64,000 nucleotides of DNA from Candidatus Parcubacteria bacterium (GCA_037076615.1 AP029158.1:397337-461336), one strand, 5' to 3'. Shown: positions 28,433 through 39,243, counted from the first letter of the stretch. The notes: a model not told the origin generated them from the letters alone. Numbers and translations: made by a program.

Positions 28433-29704
28433 TTAAACACCATCGTATTCGCGCATCGTCAGCTGGGCTTCAAGTTGTTTAATGGTATCAATAACCACCG
28501 AGACCACGATTAGAATACTGGTGCCACCAATGACCATTGATTGAACGCCGGTCGCGGCTTGGACCACTAACGGCAGAACCGCAATGACGGCCAAGAATAA
28601 GGCACCAAAAAAAATGATCTTGTGGGAAGTGTTGCCGATATATTCCGCCGTCTGTTTCCCTGGACGAATTCCGGGGATAAAACCACCTTGCTTTTGGAGA
28701 TTTTCCGAGATGCGATCAGGATGAAAAACAACATCGGTATAGAAATAAGTAAAGGCGAAAACGAGCACAAAGTAAAGAATGCCGTAAACCCACTGATTAT
28801 TAAAGGTCATAATTATCCATTGGGAAAAATTGGCAATCCACTCGGTTTTAGCATACTGAAAATACTGAGCAATCATGGTCGGAAAGGTCGCCACCGCTAA
28901 AGCAAAGATAATCGGAATCACGCCGGCCATATTAACGCGGAGGGGTAAGTGAGAATTAGTACCGCCATAGGCCCGATTACCGCGAATTTGCCGAGCGTAT
29001 TGAATTGGAATATTGCGCTGCCCTTCGTTCACAATTACCACCCCAACAATGGTGATAATCGCCAAAAGCGCAAAAGCAATCATGATAAAGAGCTGAGTTT
29101 GGTCAAAAGTTAAAATCATTTGACTGATTCCCTGAGGTAAAGATGCCACAATGCCGGCAAAAATTAAGAGTGAAATACCGTTACCGATTTTCTTTTCACT
29201 GATAAGTTCTCCAATCCACATCAAGAAAATTGTTCCCGCCGTAATCGTGATGACAATCGCCATGATATCAAAGGTTGTCGATCCCGAAAGATCAATAGCG
29301 TTAGACTGGCGCAATAGGGCTAACATACCGAAAGCCTGAACAATAGCCAAAGGCACCGTTACCCAGCGAGTCCACATATTTATTTTCTGGCGACCAGCCT
29401 CCTCTTTTTGCATCTCTTCTAATTTAGGGACAATCATTCCTAATAACTGGAAAATAATGGAAGAGGTGATATAAGGACCGATACCCATCATTACGACCGA
29501 GAAGCGCTCCATCCCACCACCAGAAAAGATATTAACAAAGCCCAGTAAAGGGTTATTACTAAAAAAACTTCTTAAATTGCTGGCATCAATTCCGGGAATC
29601 GGAATATGAGCAAAGAGGCGAAAAACCGCCAACATGGCCAAAACAAAGAGGATGCTGTTACGCAATTCTTTGACTTTCCAGACTCGAGCAAGTTTTTCAA
29701 ACAT
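28433..29704 (-). CDS. secY: Preprotein translocase subunit SecY
   Basis: GIGPYITSSII, GNGISLLIFAGI, IPGIRPG. Confidence 0.98.
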   Translation of the reverse strand: MFEKLARVWKVKELRNSILFVLAMLAVFRLFAHIPIPGIDASNLRSFFSNNPLLGFVNIFSGGGMERFSVVMMGIGPYITSSIIFQLLGMIVPKLEEMQKEEAGRQKINMWTRWVTVPLAIVQAFGMLALLRQSNAIDLSGSTTFDIMAIVITITAGTIFLMWIGELISEKKIGNGISLLIFAGIVASLPQGISQMILTFDQTQLFIMIAFALLAIITIVGVVIVNEGQRNIPIQYARQIRGNRAYGGTNSHLPLRVNMAGVIPIIFALAVATFPTMIAQYFQYAKTEWIANFSQWIIMTFNNQWVYGILYFVLVFAFTYFYTDVVFHPDRISENLQKQGGFIPGIRPGKQTAEYIGNTSHKIIFFGALFLAVIAVLPLVVQAATGVQSMVIGGTSILIVVSVVIDTIKQLEAQLTMREYDGV

Positions 29705-29722
29705 ATTTTTAGAACTAAAAGA

Positions 29723-30133
29723 TTATTTAACTTGATCGGCTACGGCCGTGCTGAGCTTGACACCGTCAAAAGTTACCTTCACGGTTAGCTTTTCTTTGCC
29801 TAAGATTTTTGCCGGGGCCTTAGCATTACTTATCAAACCACGCTCTTTAAGAGTAGTTAAAGAAACGACTTCGCCGTCTTTGTAAGCCGCATTAATCGCC
29901 TTAACGGAGACCGCTTGATTTTTCAATTTGCCGGATTTAAAACCTCTCACTTTAGGAGTTTGTAGTAGTTGCATACGCATCCCTAAGCGCTTCAGGTTAG
30001 AAACACCGGATCGTGATTTTTGCCCCTTTAAACCGCGGGTGCTGTAAGTACCATGCCCGGAAGCATTACCCCGACCGACGCGTTTGCGGCGACGTTGGTG
30101 TCCTGGCTTTTGGATTTCGTTAAGTGACAGCAT
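29723..30133 (-). CDS. rplO: 50S ribosomal protein L15
   Basis: RVGRGNASGHGTYSTRGLKGQKSRSG; position before secY. Confidence 0.95.
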   Translation of the reverse strand: MLSLNEIQKPGHQRRRKRVGRGNASGHGTYSTRGLKGQKSRSGVSNLKRLGMRMQLLQTPKVRGFKSGKLKNQAVSVKAINAAYKDGEVVSLTTLKERGLISNAKAPAKILGKEKLTVKVTFDGVKLSTAVADQVK

Positions 30134-30161
30134 ATAAAACAATATAAATGATAATTAAAAA

Positions 30162-30815
30162 CTATTTACTAGCGGGCGCTACGACCGGAGCTTGCTCTTC
30201 CGTCACTGCTACTTTTTTAGCTTTCGGATTAGAGATATTCTTGAGCGACTTTAAAGCCTCAATCGTGCAGCGAGCATTATTAACCTTGTTGTTGGTACCT
30301 AATTGTTTGCTGGTAACGTTCTTAATGCCAGCTAATTCCAAAATCATACGAGCGACACCACCAGCAATAATACCTTTACCAGTTCCCGCAGGCTTTAGAA
30401 TAATCTTGGCTGCACCAGTCTTTTGTGAAACCTCATGCGGAATAGTTTCATTAACAATATTTACGGTGATTAAATTCTTCTTCGCTTTATTAACCGCTTT
30501 GTTAACGGCAATGGTCACGTCAGCGCCTTTGCCTAAACCAATACCAATTTTTCCTTTGCGGTCGCCAATAACGACGCAAGCACGGAAGTTCATTCTTTTA
30601 CCACCGGCCATCACACGAGTAACCCGGGCCAAATCTAAAATGCGTTGCTCAAACTCATCACGAGGAGCCTCTTTTTGGCGACGATCAGAACGGCCGCGGC
30701 CGCGACCACGATATTCACGCTTCGGCTTGTCACCGTAAACACTATCGGCTACTGCTTGAGAAGCAGCGGAAGATTGTTTTTCTTTCTTTTCAGAAACTTT
30801 TTTTTCATCAGACAT
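30162..30815 (-). CDS. rpsE: 30S ribosomal protein S5
   Basis: RVTRVMAGGKR, GTGKGIIAGG. Confidence 0.97.
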   Translation of the reverse strand: MSDEKKVSEKKEKQSSAASQAVADSVYGDKPKREYRGRGRGRSDRRQKEAPRDEFEQRILDLARVTRVMAGGKRMNFRACVVIGDRKGKIGIGLGKGADVTIAVNKAVNKAKKNLITVNIVNETIPHEVSQKTGAAKIILKPAGTGKGIIAGGVARMILELAGIKNVTSKQLGTNNKVNNARCTIEALKSLKNISNPKAKKVAVTEEQAPVVAPASK

Positions 30816-30836
30816 ATTTAGTACTTTAGGCTAGTT

Positions 30837-31193
30837 TTAAAATTGTAAACCGCCCTCACGAGCCCCTTCGGCTACCGCTTTTACTCGGCCGTGATATTTA
30901 TAAAAACCGCGATCAAAGACAACGCTGGTAATTTTTTTAGCTTGAGCTTTTTCCGCTAACAATTTACCTAAAGACTTGGCTTGATCAACATTTTTCCCTG
31001 CCCCTTTAAGCTCTTTACTGTGTGCTCCGACTAAAGTTTGACCAGTAGTGTCATCGATTAACTGAAGATACATCCCGCGATTGGAACGAAAAACTGACAG
31101 ACGCGGACGAGCGGCGGTGCCACCGATTTTAGCGCGAACCCGGCCGTGACGACGAGCTTTGCGTTCATTGTTTAATTTAACGTTTTTTTCCAT
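30837..31193 (-). CDS. rplR: 50S ribosomal protein L18
   Basis: [20 protein letters not shown]. Confidence 0.97.
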   Translation of the reverse strand: MEKNVKLNNERKARRHGRVRAKIGGTAARPRLSVFRSNRGMYLQLIDDTTGQTLVGAHSKELKGAGKNVDQAKSLGKLLAEKAQAKKITSVVFDRGFYKYHGRVKAVAEGAREGGLQF

Positions 31194-31214
31194 ATAAGTA
31201 TATTAAGCGCTAAT

Positions 31215-31763
31215 TTATTTTTTAGCAGCCGCCGTCTTACCAGCTTTGCGACGAATAACTTCATTCGCATATTTAACCCCTTTACCTTTATAAGGCTCAG
31301 GCTTGCGGAAACGACGAATTTTAGCAGCGGTTTCACCCACTAACTCCTTATCAAATCCAGAAATAGCGATGGTGTTGCCCTCAACAGTCGCGCTGATCCC
31401 CGCCGGTAATTGATATTCAACCGGGTGAGAAAAACCGAGCATTAAGGTCAACTTTGATCCGGAAACGGAAGCGCGATAACCAACACCATTGATTTCTAAT
31501 TTTTTAGTAAAGCCTTCAGAAAGCCCGACAACCATATTAGAAAATAAAGAGCGGTAAAGGCCCCAGAGAGCTTGAGCGGCGCGTGAACACCCTTCGGCTT
31601 TACTTACCAAAATCTGATTATCGGCAATTGTGGCCGCAATCTCTTGGTTATTAAAATCGCGCTTTAATTCACCTTTCGGTCCTTTAACCGTGAGGGTGGC
31701 CCCTGATAAAGTGGCCGTCACTCCGCTTGGTAAAATAATCGGTGCTTTTCCTATTCGTGACAT
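31215..31763 (-). CDS. rplF: 50S ribosomal protein L6
   Basis: MSRIGK, PEPYKGKG. Confidence 0.97.
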   Translation of the reverse strand: MSRIGKAPIILPSGVTATLSGATLTVKGPKGELKRDFNNQEIAATIADNQILVSKAEGCSRAAQALWGLYRSLFSNMVVGLSEGFTKKLEINGVGYRASVSGSKLTLMLGFSHPVEYQLPAGISATVEGNTIAISGFDKELVGETAAKIRRFRKPEPYKGKGVKYANEVIRRKAGKTAAAKK

Positions 31764-31785
31764 ATAAATTTAATTCAAAAAAATA

Positions 31786-32196
31786 TTAGTAAATTTGGCC
31801 GATGAGTTCACCGCCGATTTTTTTAGCTTTGGCTTCTGCTCCAGTCATTAATCCTTGAGGAGTGGAAATAAAAACCATTCCCAAGCCATTTAAGACAACG
31901 GGGATACTATTTTTATCAACATAAACACGACGCCCAGGGGTGCTGAGGCGTTCAATCAAGTTAATATGAGAACGGCCGTTTCTTTGATATTTTAAAGTGA
32001 GCTTGAGTTCATCAAAACTGTTGTGGCGAGTAGCGAGGCCACCAGGAACCACTTCTGCTTTAATTATCCAGCCTTCGCGTTGCATAATCTTCGCCAGCTC
32101 AAGTTTGAGTTTGCTCATGGGCATTGACACTTCTGCCTTCTTCACCGCCGAAGCGTTGCGAATGCGAGTGAACATGTCTGCGATTGGATCTGTCAT
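31786..32196 (-). CDS. rpsH: 30S ribosomal protein S8
   Basis: DPIADMFTRIRN, STPGRRVY. Confidence 0.97.
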   Translation of the reverse strand: MTDPIADMFTRIRNASAVKKAEVSMPMSKLKLELAKIMQREGWIIKAEVVPGGLATRHNSFDELKLTLKYQRNGRSHINLIERLSTPGRRVYVDKNSIPVVLNGLGMVFISTPQGLMTGAEAKAKKIGGELIGQIY

Positions 32197-32229
32197 AGAG
32201 TTATAATCTTTATTACTTTCAAAATGGGC

Positions 32230-32415
32230 TTACCAGCTGGATTTTTTAACGCCCGGTAAATCGCCGTTATCGGCCAATTCTTTAAAACAAATGCGGCAGA
32301 GGCCAAAGTCACGGAGGTAGCCGTGATTACGACCACAACGCCAGCAGCGATTTATTTTTCGAGTGCTGAATTTGGGCTTGCGCTTTGCTTTTACGATTAA
32401 TGCTGTTCTAGCCAT
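32230..32415 (-). CDS. rpsZ: 30S ribosomal protein S14, zinc-binding type
   Basis: RCWRCGR...LCRICF. Confidence 0.96.
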   Translation of the reverse strand: MARTALIVKAKRKPKFSTRKINRCWRCGRNHGYLRDFGLCRICFKELADNGDLPGVKKSSW

Positions 32416-32430
32416 ATTGCTTATGTATAC

Positions 32431-32967
32431 TTATTTTTTGAAAGGAAAACCTAAGAGGCGGAATAACTCCAAACCCTCTTCACGATTTTTCGCGGTCGTC
32501 GCGACCGACACTTCTAAACCAAAAACTTTTTCGACATCCTCTAAACGGACTTCAGGAAAAGCAGAATAGTCTTTAAAGCCGATGGTTAAATTACCGGTGC
32601 GGTCAACCGCCTTATCGGAAATGCCTCGGAAGTCGCGAACGCGAGGAAAAGTGATATTAATTAATTTTTCTAAAAAGTCATACATTCTCTGACCGCGCAC
32701 AGAAACAGCGCCGCCAACAATCATCCCTTCACGAACCTTAAAGGCGGAGATGGATTTTTTAGCCTTAGTTAAAATTGGCTTCTGGCCAGTAATTTTTTCT
32801 AAGATTTTGGCAACCTCGTCGGCATAATCTTTTTCCTTAGTAAAGCGACCAAAGCCCACATTGATTACCACTTTGGTTAATCGAGGCACCTGATGATCGT
32901 TGGTGTAAGAAAATTTTTCTTCCAACTGAGGCACTATTTCTTTTTTATATTTCTCTTTTAATCTCAT
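32431..32967 (-). CDS. rplE: 50S ribosomal protein L5
   Basis: ITGQKP, PRVRDFRG. Confidence 0.97.
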   Translation of the reverse strand: MRLKEKYKKEIVPQLEEKFSYTNDHQVPRLTKVVINVGFGRFTKEKDYADEVAKILEKITGQKPILTKAKKSISAFKVREGMIVGGAVSVRGQRMYDFLEKLINITFPRVRDFRGISDKAVDRTGNLTIGFKDYSAFPEVRLEDVEKVFGLEVSVATTAKNREEGLELFRLLGFPFKK

Positions 32968-32987
32968 ATAGTTTACTAAAGAAAGGA

Positions 32988-33308
32988 TTAATCAATCACT
33001 TCATGACACTTCCGGCAAGCTCGATATTTTTTAGAGCGTCCGTCAGTGACCACAATTTTATGAGCCACGCGCGTCGGTTTTTCACACTTCGGGCAGACCA
33101 ACATCACATTGGCGGCTGGCAAAAAAGCGGGAAATTCTAAACGTTGCCCCTTTTCACCTTCACGACGGGGGCGTAAATGCTTAATCAATAAATTCAAGCC
33201 CTCAACGCTAATCCGTTGATCTTTAGGAGAGACTTGCAAAACCTTACCGATTTTACCCTTATCTTTTCCGGTGATAATTTTTACTTTGTCGTTTTTCTTA
33301 ATATTCAT
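32988..33308 (-). CDS. rplX: 50S ribosomal protein L24
   Basis: KOW motif GKDKGKIG. Confidence 0.96.
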   Translation of the reverse strand: MNIKKNDKVKIITGKDKGKIGKVLQVSPKDQRISVEGLNLLIKHLRPRREGEKGQRLEFPAFLPAANVMLVCPKCEKPTRVAHKIVVTDGRSKKYRACRKCHEVID

Positions 33309-33312
33309 ATAA

Positions 33313-33687
33313 TTAGAGTACTTCCGGTGCTAAGGAGGCGATTTTGGAATAACCGGCGCGACGAACTTCACGAGCGACCGGACCAAAAATACGAGTACCC
33401 TTAGGATCCTTTTTGTCTTTATCAGTAATTATTACGCAGGCATTCTCATCAAACCGCAAATAAGAACCATCGGCGCGGCGAATTTCTTTTTTGGTGCGCA
33501 CGACGACCGCTTTAACAATGTCACCTTTTTTAATTGGTGCATGAGGGGCGGCGGACTTAACTGAGGCAACAATAATCTCGCCGATACGAGCGTAACGTTT
33601 TTTATAACCTCCAGGAACCTTGATGCACATCACCTCTTTGGCTCCAGAGTTATCGGCAACTTTTAATCTGCTTTGAACTTGAATCAT
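33313..33687 (-). CDS. rplN: 50S ribosomal protein L14
   Basis: [23 protein letters not shown]. Confidence 0.98.
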   Translation of the reverse strand: MIQVQSRLKVADNSGAKEVMCIKVPGGYKKRYARIGEIIVASVKSAAPHAPIKKGDIVKAVVVRTKKEIRRADGSYLRFDENACVIITDKDKKDPKGTRIFGPVAREVRRAGYSKIASLAPEVL

Positions 33688-33717
33688 ACATTTACTTTAA
33701 AATAAAACCTCTCCGGC

Positions 33718-33990
33718 TTAAGCCACAAGGCGCCAGCGCTTGTCTTTAGACAAAGGGCGGCATTCAATAAATTTAACCTGACCCCCCTCTTTCGCTTCAT
33801 TTTTCTCATCGTGAACTTTATAGTTACGACTCACATGATAGCGCTTTTTGTATTTAGGGTGGACTTTGACTGTCTCGACTTTGACTACGACTGTCTTATC
33901 GCTTTTAGCGGAAACCACCACCCCCGAAAAGACCTTAACGATCTTTTTGGAAACTGATTGCTCCGGATTGTTTTTTTGCTGCTGAGCCAT
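33718..33990 (-). CDS. rpsQ: 30S ribosomal protein S17
   Basis: HPKYKK, ECRPLSKDKRW. Confidence 0.97.
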   Translation of the reverse strand: MAQQQKNNPEQSVSKKIVKVFSGVVVSAKSDKTVVVKVETVKVHPKYKKRYHVSRNYKVHDEKNEAKEGGQVKFIECRPLSKDKRWRLVA

Positions 33991-34000
33991 AGTGGTAAAA

Positions 34001-34204
34001 TTAAGCTTTCTTAACTTCCTGATTTTTCTTTTTTAAGGAAGTATTTAACCGCGCAATCAGTAAACGTTCCTCCCGAATAGCGCGCACGTTCTTTAATTGG
34101 TGATTAGAATCTTTAAATCTCAACTCGCGTAACTTTTCGCGGGCCGCCTTTAATTCTCGTTCTAATTCGGTTACAGTTTTATTATCAATTTCTTTAAAAT
34201 CCAT
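34001..34204 (-). CDS. rpmC: 50S ribosomal protein L29
   Basis: LRELRF...IARLNT; position. Confidence 0.93.
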   Translation of the reverse strand: MDFKEIDNKTVTELERELKAAREKLRELRFKDSNHQLKNVRAIREERLLIARLNTSLKKKNQEVKKA

Positions 34205-34209
34205 ATATT

Positions 34210-34623
34210 TTATTGGTTATCACGCGTCACAAAAACGGTCTTGACTGGCAACTTGTGGCCGGCCGCAAGCATCGCTTTCTTGGCCACCTCCTCATCGACT
34301 CCGTCCATTTCAAACATCACGGTTCCTAACTTAACAACGGCGACATAATAATCAAGCGATCCTTTACCCTTACCCATCGGCAACTCACCGCCATGGCTGG
34401 TAACTGGTTTGTCGGGGAAGATGCGAATCCAAATCTTGCCGCCTTTTTTGGTGTATTTAGTCATCACCCGGCGCGCTGCCTCAATTTGACGAGCAGTCAC
34501 CCAGCAAGAAGTAGTTGCTTTTAAACCATAAGCACCAAAGTCAACTTTATTCATCCGCGTGGCAATTCCACCACGGCGGCGCTTATGCTCTTTTCGATAT
34601 TTGGTTTTTTTCGGCATTAACAT
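34210..34623 (-). CDS. rplP: 50S ribosomal protein L16
   Basis: QIEAARR, WIRIFPD, MGKGKG. Confidence 0.97.
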   Translation of the reverse strand: MLMPKKTKYRKEHKRRRGGIATRMNKVDFGAYGLKATTSCWVTARQIEAARRVMTKYTKKGGKIWIRIFPDKPVTSHGGELPMGKGKGSLDYYVAVVKLGTVMFEMDGVDEEVAKKAMLAAGHKLPVKTVFVTRDNQ

Positions 34624-34650
34624 ATAGAGAAATGAGAAAAATTAAGGACT

Positions 34651-35328
34651 CTAGCGAGACTCAAGAAAAGCTTCTTCACTATTTTTATCAAAGACTTCAC
34701 CTTTATAAATCCAGACTTTGATTCCGATTTGACCGTAGGTGGTGCTCGCCGCTCCTCGGGCATAATCAATGTCGGCACGTAAGGTGTTTAAAGGGACTTT
34801 ACCCCAAACTAACTTTTCCGTGCGCGCAATTTCCGCGCCATTTAAACGACCAGAGATGACAATCTTAGCTCCTAAAGCGCCAGCACGCTCAATGCGAGAC
34901 AGAGTTTGCTTCATCACGCGTCTAAAAGCCATGCGCTTTTCTAGATCTAGAATCACCGATTGAACAGCAATTTGCGCAGACACTCCCGGACGAGCGACTT
35001 CTTTAATATTTAAAACAATATCATTGGGACGGAAGTTTTTCAAAAAGCGACGGTGAATAGTTTTTTTCAGTTCTTCAACGCCATTACCACCCCGGCCAAT
35101 AATTAGACCTGGTTTTCCGGTCCAAACATCAACGCGGATATTGCTCAAATTACGAGTAATCTCTACCTTTTCAATGCCGGCTTCTTTGAAATTTTTGATA
35201 ATATAACGTCGTACCTGAATATCTTGCGCTACGTTCTTGATATAGCTGTCGCCACTCTCAAACCAAATCGAGTCCCAGCTCTTGGTTATTCCGATGCGCA
35301 TGATCTTTGGATTTACTTTTTTGCCCAT
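34651..35328 (-). CDS. rpsC: 30S ribosomal protein S3
   Basis: MGKKVNP, GRLNGAEIAR, TLRADIDY. Confidence 0.97.
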   Translation of the reverse strand: MGKKVNPKIMRIGITKSWDSIWFESGDSYIKNVAQDIQVRRYIIKNFKEAGIEKVEITRNLSNIRVDVWTGKPGLIIGRGGNGVEELKKTIHRRFLKNFRPNDIVLNIKEVARPGVSAQIAVQSVILDLEKRMAFRRVMKQTLSRIERAGALGAKIVISGRLNGAEIARTEKLVWGKVPLNTLRADIDYARGAASTTYGQIGIKVWIYKGEVFDKNSEEAFLESR

Positions 35329-35352
35329 AAGATGACTTTATTACTTTAAAAA

Positions 35353-35886
35353 CTATTTACCGACTTTGCGGCGGAAAGTGGTTTTAGCAAAACCCTTTTC
35401 CGAACCCACAACTTTCTCAACTTTTTTATCGCCCCTGGTAGCGGCCTTTTTAGTCTCTTCTTTCTTAGTTGACTTCTCGGCCTCTTTGGCTAAATCGGCC
35501 AGCTTGACTGGCGATTCCGCCGCAACGGTCTTTTTCGTCTTTTTTCCAGAATCAACTAATTCTCCCAAAACTAAAGATAATCTGGTGGAGCGCTTTCTAA
35601 TGACTGTGGCGCGACCATGAGCTTTCGGCATCCAGCGCTTTAAGGTAAAACCATCATCAGCGCGTACCTCTTTAATAAAAAGATTGTCTCTTTTTAAATC
35701 GTAGGTGTTTTCACCATTAGCCACCGCCGACTCAATTAATTTAGCTAAGGGCTGCGCCGCGCGCTTATTAGCAAACTTTAATTGCGCCAAAGCTTTATCA
35801 ACGGGCAGACCACGAACTAAATCAGCTAGTAAGCGGACCTTGCGCGGGGACATTCGTAAATTATTTAAATTAGCTTTCACTTCCAT
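35353..35886 (-). CDS. rplV: 50S ribosomal protein L22 with C-terminal extension
   Basis: SPRKVRL, SAVAN, PKAHGRA. Confidence 0.96.
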   Translation of the reverse strand: MEVKANLNNLRMSPRKVRLLADLVRGLPVDKALAQLKFANKRAAQPLAKLIESAVANGENTYDLKRDNLFIKEVRADDGFTLKRWMPKAHGRATVIRKRSTRLSLVLGELVDSGKKTKKTVAAESPVKLADLAKEAEKSTKKEETKKAATRGDKKVEKVVGSEKGFAKTTFRRKVGK

Positions 35887-35906
35887 ATTTTTAAACTTAT
35901 CAAGGA

Positions 35907-36194
35907 TTATTTCTTAGCCGCTGCTTGCGCTTTAGCCGCCTTACCACCATGAGAAATGAACTTACGTGTAGGCGCAAATTCCCCTAGGGCGTGGCCGACC
36001 ATATTCTCCACAACATAAACGGGAAAATGAGTCTTGCCATTATGGACACCAATTGTCAGACCAACCATTTCTGGAGTAATAACACAAGCGCGATCCCAAA
36101 CTTTAATCACTGTTTTATCGCCAGGACGTAAAGCTTGAACTTTTTTCAAAATTCGCGGATTAACGTAAGGACCTTTTTTTAAACTTCTAGACAT
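35907..36194 (-). CDS. rpsS: 30S ribosomal protein S19
   Basis: [16 protein letters not shown]. Confidence 0.97.
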   Translation of the reverse strand: MSRSLKKGPYVNPRILKKVQALRPGDKTVIKVWDRACVITPEMVGLTIGVHNGKTHFPVYVVENMVGHALGEFAPTRKFISHGGKAAKAQAAAKK

Positions 36195-36206
36195 ATTATT
36201 CAATGA

Positions 36207-37043
36207 TTATTTCCGTTTAGCGCGTCGCTTGACAATCAGGCGATCGCTGGCTTGACGACGACGGGTTTTAATTCCCAAAGCCGGCTTACCCCATTTAGTT
36301 TTCGGGTTCTTTAGGCCGATCGGCTGGTTACCTTCACCACCACCATGAGGATGATCGTTGGGATTCATCGCCGAACCGCGAACAGTTGGACGAATACCTA
36401 AATAACGAGAACGACCCGCTTTGCCTAAAACCAAATGACGTTTATCAGGATTGCTTACCCGGCCAACGGTACACAAACAATTTTTCTTGATTAAGCGAAT
36501 TTCTCCGGAAGGCAATTTTACTTGAGCGTACTTTCCTTCCACGCCCATCACGAAAGCGGCATTACCCGCGCCCCGAACGATCTTAGCACCTAAGCCAGCA
36601 ATCAACTCCAAATTATGAATAGCCATCCCCGCCGGAATGTACTCTAAAGGCATGGCGTTTCCAGTTTTTATCTCAATCAATTTTTGGGAACTCATAACGG
36701 TATCACCCACCTGAAAATCTAAAGGAGCAATAATATAGCGCTTTTCACCATCAGCATAATTTAAGAGCGCTAATCTGGCCCCACGACCCGGATCATATTC
36801 AATCGCGGCCACTTTGGCTGGAATATCAAACTTATTACGCTTAAAATCAACTAAACGAATATAACGTTTAGCGCCGCCGCCGCGATGACGTACGGTAATT
36901 TTACCTTTATTATTGCGACCGCCTTGGCGTTTTTTAATAACAATCAAAGCTTTTTCCGGATTCTTCTTGGTGATATCTTTAAAATCATCAAAAGAGGCTT
37001 GACGTCGTCCGGGAGTTGTTGGTTTTACTTTTTTAATACCCAT
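36207..37043 (-). CDS. rplB: 50S ribosomal protein L2
   Basis: [18 protein letters not shown]. Confidence 0.98.
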   Translation of the reverse strand: MGIKKVKPTTPGRRQASFDDFKDITKKNPEKALIVIKKRQGGRNNKGKITVRHRGGGAKRYIRLVDFKRNKFDIPAKVAAIEYDPGRGARLALLNYADGEKRYIIAPLDFQVGDTVMSSQKLIEIKTGNAMPLEYIPAGMAIHNLELIAGLGAKIVRGAGNAAFVMGVEGKYAQVKLPSGEIRLIKKNCLCTVGRVSNPDKRHLVLGKAGRSRYLGIRPTVRGSAMNPNDHPHGGGEGNQPIGLKNPKTKWGKPALGIKTRRRQASDRLIVKRRAKRK

Positions 37044-37068
37044 ATAATCTAAACAAAATATCTAAAAA

Positions 37069-37575
37069 TTAGACACCCTCGTAAACTTGAATAGAATCAC
37101 CTTTCTTTAAAGTTACAATGGCTTTTTTCAAATCACGGCGGCGCCCCTTGATTCGACCACGAGTAACGACCTTTCCGTCTTGACAAACGATGTTAACCTT
37201 AATCGGCTTCACACCATAGACCGCATAAATAGCCTGAGCGACACTTAACTTATTAGCCTCACCGCTAACCACAAAAACATATTTATTCAAAGAGCTGGCG
37301 GTCGCGGCTTTCTCAGTAATTAAAGGATGAACTAAAACTTTATAAGCTTCAGCAAAAGCGGTTTTAGCTTTGGCGCCAGTAGCACTTTTACTTTTCTTAG
37401 CGGTTTCAGCGCCAGCATATAAATCAGCCATCGTCGGCTCTTCTGCGACCTCAGGGGCGGCTTTTTTAGTGGCCTTCGCCTTCGGGGCCGCTTTTTCTTT
37501 GACAACCTTTTTAGCTGGAGCGGCGGCTTTCTCCTTGACTTCGTCTTTATCTTTTTTCTTTCCTAAAATTCCCAT
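37069..37575 (-). CDS. rplW: 50S ribosomal protein L23 with N-terminal extension
   Basis: PLITEKA, KKAIVTL. Confidence 0.95.
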   Translation of the reverse strand: MGILGKKKDKDEVKEKAAAPAKKVVKEKAAPKAKATKKAAPEVAEEPTMADLYAGAETAKKSKSATGAKAKTAFAEAYKVLVHPLITEKAATASSLNKYVFVVSGEANKLSVAQAIYAVYGVKPIKVNIVCQDGKVVTRGRIKGRRRDLKKAIVTLKKGDSIQVYEGV

Positions 37576-37579
37576 ATAT

Positions 37580-38224
37580 CTATTTGCTATATTGTGTCTC
37601 TAAATTTTTGATCGCCGCTTCGGTAGTTACTAAATAGCGAGATTTTAAGAGATCCACAATATTAATATTTTCTAAATTAATCATCGTCACACCAGGTAAA
37701 TTGCGCGCGGAGTATTTTAACTTGTCGTTTTTACTTTCGCTAATCACCAAAACATCACGGCGCTCATCTTTAAGGATTTTAGTTTCAACCGCTTTCAAAA
37801 TCGCCTCAAAATTTTTGGTTTTAAATTCAGCCACTTCAAGATTATCTAAAACCACTAAAGCATTGTTGGCTACTTTATTAGAAAGCACCATCGCCAAGGC
37901 CTTTTGCCGCATTTTCTTATTTATTTTTTTGGAAAAATTACGATCAGAAGTTGGACCAAAGGTGACACCACCACCAATCCAAATCGGTGAACGAGATGAA
38001 CCGGCACGAGCGCGACCAGTACCTTTTTGTTTCCAAGGCTTTTTACCACCACCGGAAACTTCGCTGCGATCTTTAGTGTCAGCTAAATTCTGGCGCTCAT
38101 TTCCCTGTTGCGCCAGGAGCGCTTGATGAATCAAATCTTGATTAACGGTCACACCAAAAACTTTCTCGGATAAATCCAGATTGTGTAAGGGTTCCGCTTT
38201 TTGACTATAAACTTTTGTGTTCAT
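37580..38224 (-). CDS. rplD: 50S ribosomal protein L4
   Basis: GGGKKPWKQKGTGRARAGS. Confidence 0.97.
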   Translation of the reverse strand: MNTKVYSQKAEPLHNLDLSEKVFGVTVNQDLIHQALLAQQGNERQNLADTKDRSEVSGGGKKPWKQKGTGRARAGSSRSPIWIGGGVTFGPTSDRNFSKKINKKMRQKALAMVLSNKVANNALVVLDNLEVAEFKTKNFEAILKAVETKILKDERRDVLVISESKNDKLKYSARNLPGVTMINLENINIVDLLKSRYLVTTEAAIKNLETQYSK

Positions 38225-38247
38225 ACTTTTAGAAAATATCCTTATCC

Positions 38248-39078
38248 TTATTTAGCGTCAGCTGGAGCCTCGGCGGCCTCAACTTTTTCTTCAGTCTTCT
38301 CTTCGGTGACTGGAGTTTCTTCTTTAGCTTTCTCTGCCGGAGCCTCCTCTACTTTAGCCTCTTCTTTAGGAGTTTCTTCTACTGGAGTCTCCTCTTTTAC
38401 TGCTTCGGCTTCAGAAACTGGGGCTTCTTCTTTTACTTCCTCTTCTTTAACTAAATTAACTTTTAAATCGCCAACACCTTTAATCGCCACTAAAGAATTA
38501 ATTGCTCCCGGAATCGCGCCTTTAACATAAATTAAATTCTGTTCTTCATCAATGGCCACGACGGTGAGATTTTTAACGGTGACCGCTTCGTTGCCCATTT
38601 GGCCCGCCATGCGAACACCTTTAAAAATGCGCGCTGGTCCTTTTGAACCAACCGAACCGGGCATGCGTAATTGATCTTTGTTGCCGTGGGATTTTCGGCC
38701 ACCGGCAAAACCATGACGCTTAACCACACCCTGAAAGCCTTTACCTTTGGAGGTGCCGCTGACATCAATAGCATCGCCAGGGGCAAAAGTACCAACGGTA
38801 ATAATATCACCAACTTTTAGATCCGCTCCAGAAGCTCTAAATTCACGAGCGACCTTCGGTAAAACATCAGCTTTTTTGAAGTGGCCGCGTTGCGGCTTAT
38901 TAATATTCTTTTCCCGGCGTTTACCAAAAGATACCTGAACCGCTTCGTAAGCGTCAGTGCTTTCGGTTTTGATTTGTGTAACGGTGCAAGGTCCAGCCAA
39001 CACCGGGGTAACGGCTACGACCTTGTCGTTGACCCATAACTGAGTCATTTGTTTTTTGGTTCCGAGGATAAATTTCAT
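38248..39078 (-). CDS. rplC: 50S ribosomal protein L3 with acidic C-terminal extension
   Basis: GKGFQGVVKRHG, MAGQMG, VKGAIPG. Confidence 0.97.
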   Translation of the reverse strand: MKFILGTKKQMTQLWVNDKVVAVTPVLAGPCTVTQIKTESTDAYEAVQVSFGKRREKNINKPQRGHFKKADVLPKVAREFRASGADLKVGDIITVGTFAPGDAIDVSGTSKGKGFQGVVKRHGFAGGRKSHGNKDQLRMPGSVGSKGPARIFKGVRMAGQMGNEAVTVKNLTVVAIDEEQNLIYVKGAIPGAINSLVAIKGVGDLKVNLVKEEEVKEEAPVSEAEAVKEETPVEETPKEEAKVEEAPAEKAKEETPVTEEKTEEKVEAAEAPADAK

Positions 39079-39095
39079 ATTCTTTAAACAAAAAA

Positions 39096-39243
39096 ACTGG
39101 TGTGAAAACCAGTCAAAAAAATTTCATCCACTAAAAGGATCTTGTTGAAATTTTCTTAATTTGACTGATTACCTCCTAATATTAGACTAAATTCAGCTCG
39201 AGCACTTTCTCAAAATGAGAGTTATCCAAACCGATTTTTAGTC
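39096..39243 (-). promoter_or_regulatory. Structured rpsJ-rplC intercistronic element (candidate r-protein leader)
   Basis: Nested stems 39110-39117/39160-39167 and 39118-39126/39146-39154; 39185-39191/39237-39243; competing hairpin 39096-39113. Confidence 0.5.

Noticed and set aside
39171-39177. AGGAGGT Shine-Dalgarno for a hidden leader peptide
   Set aside because: No start codon at suitable spacing, and genes here generally lack SD motifs
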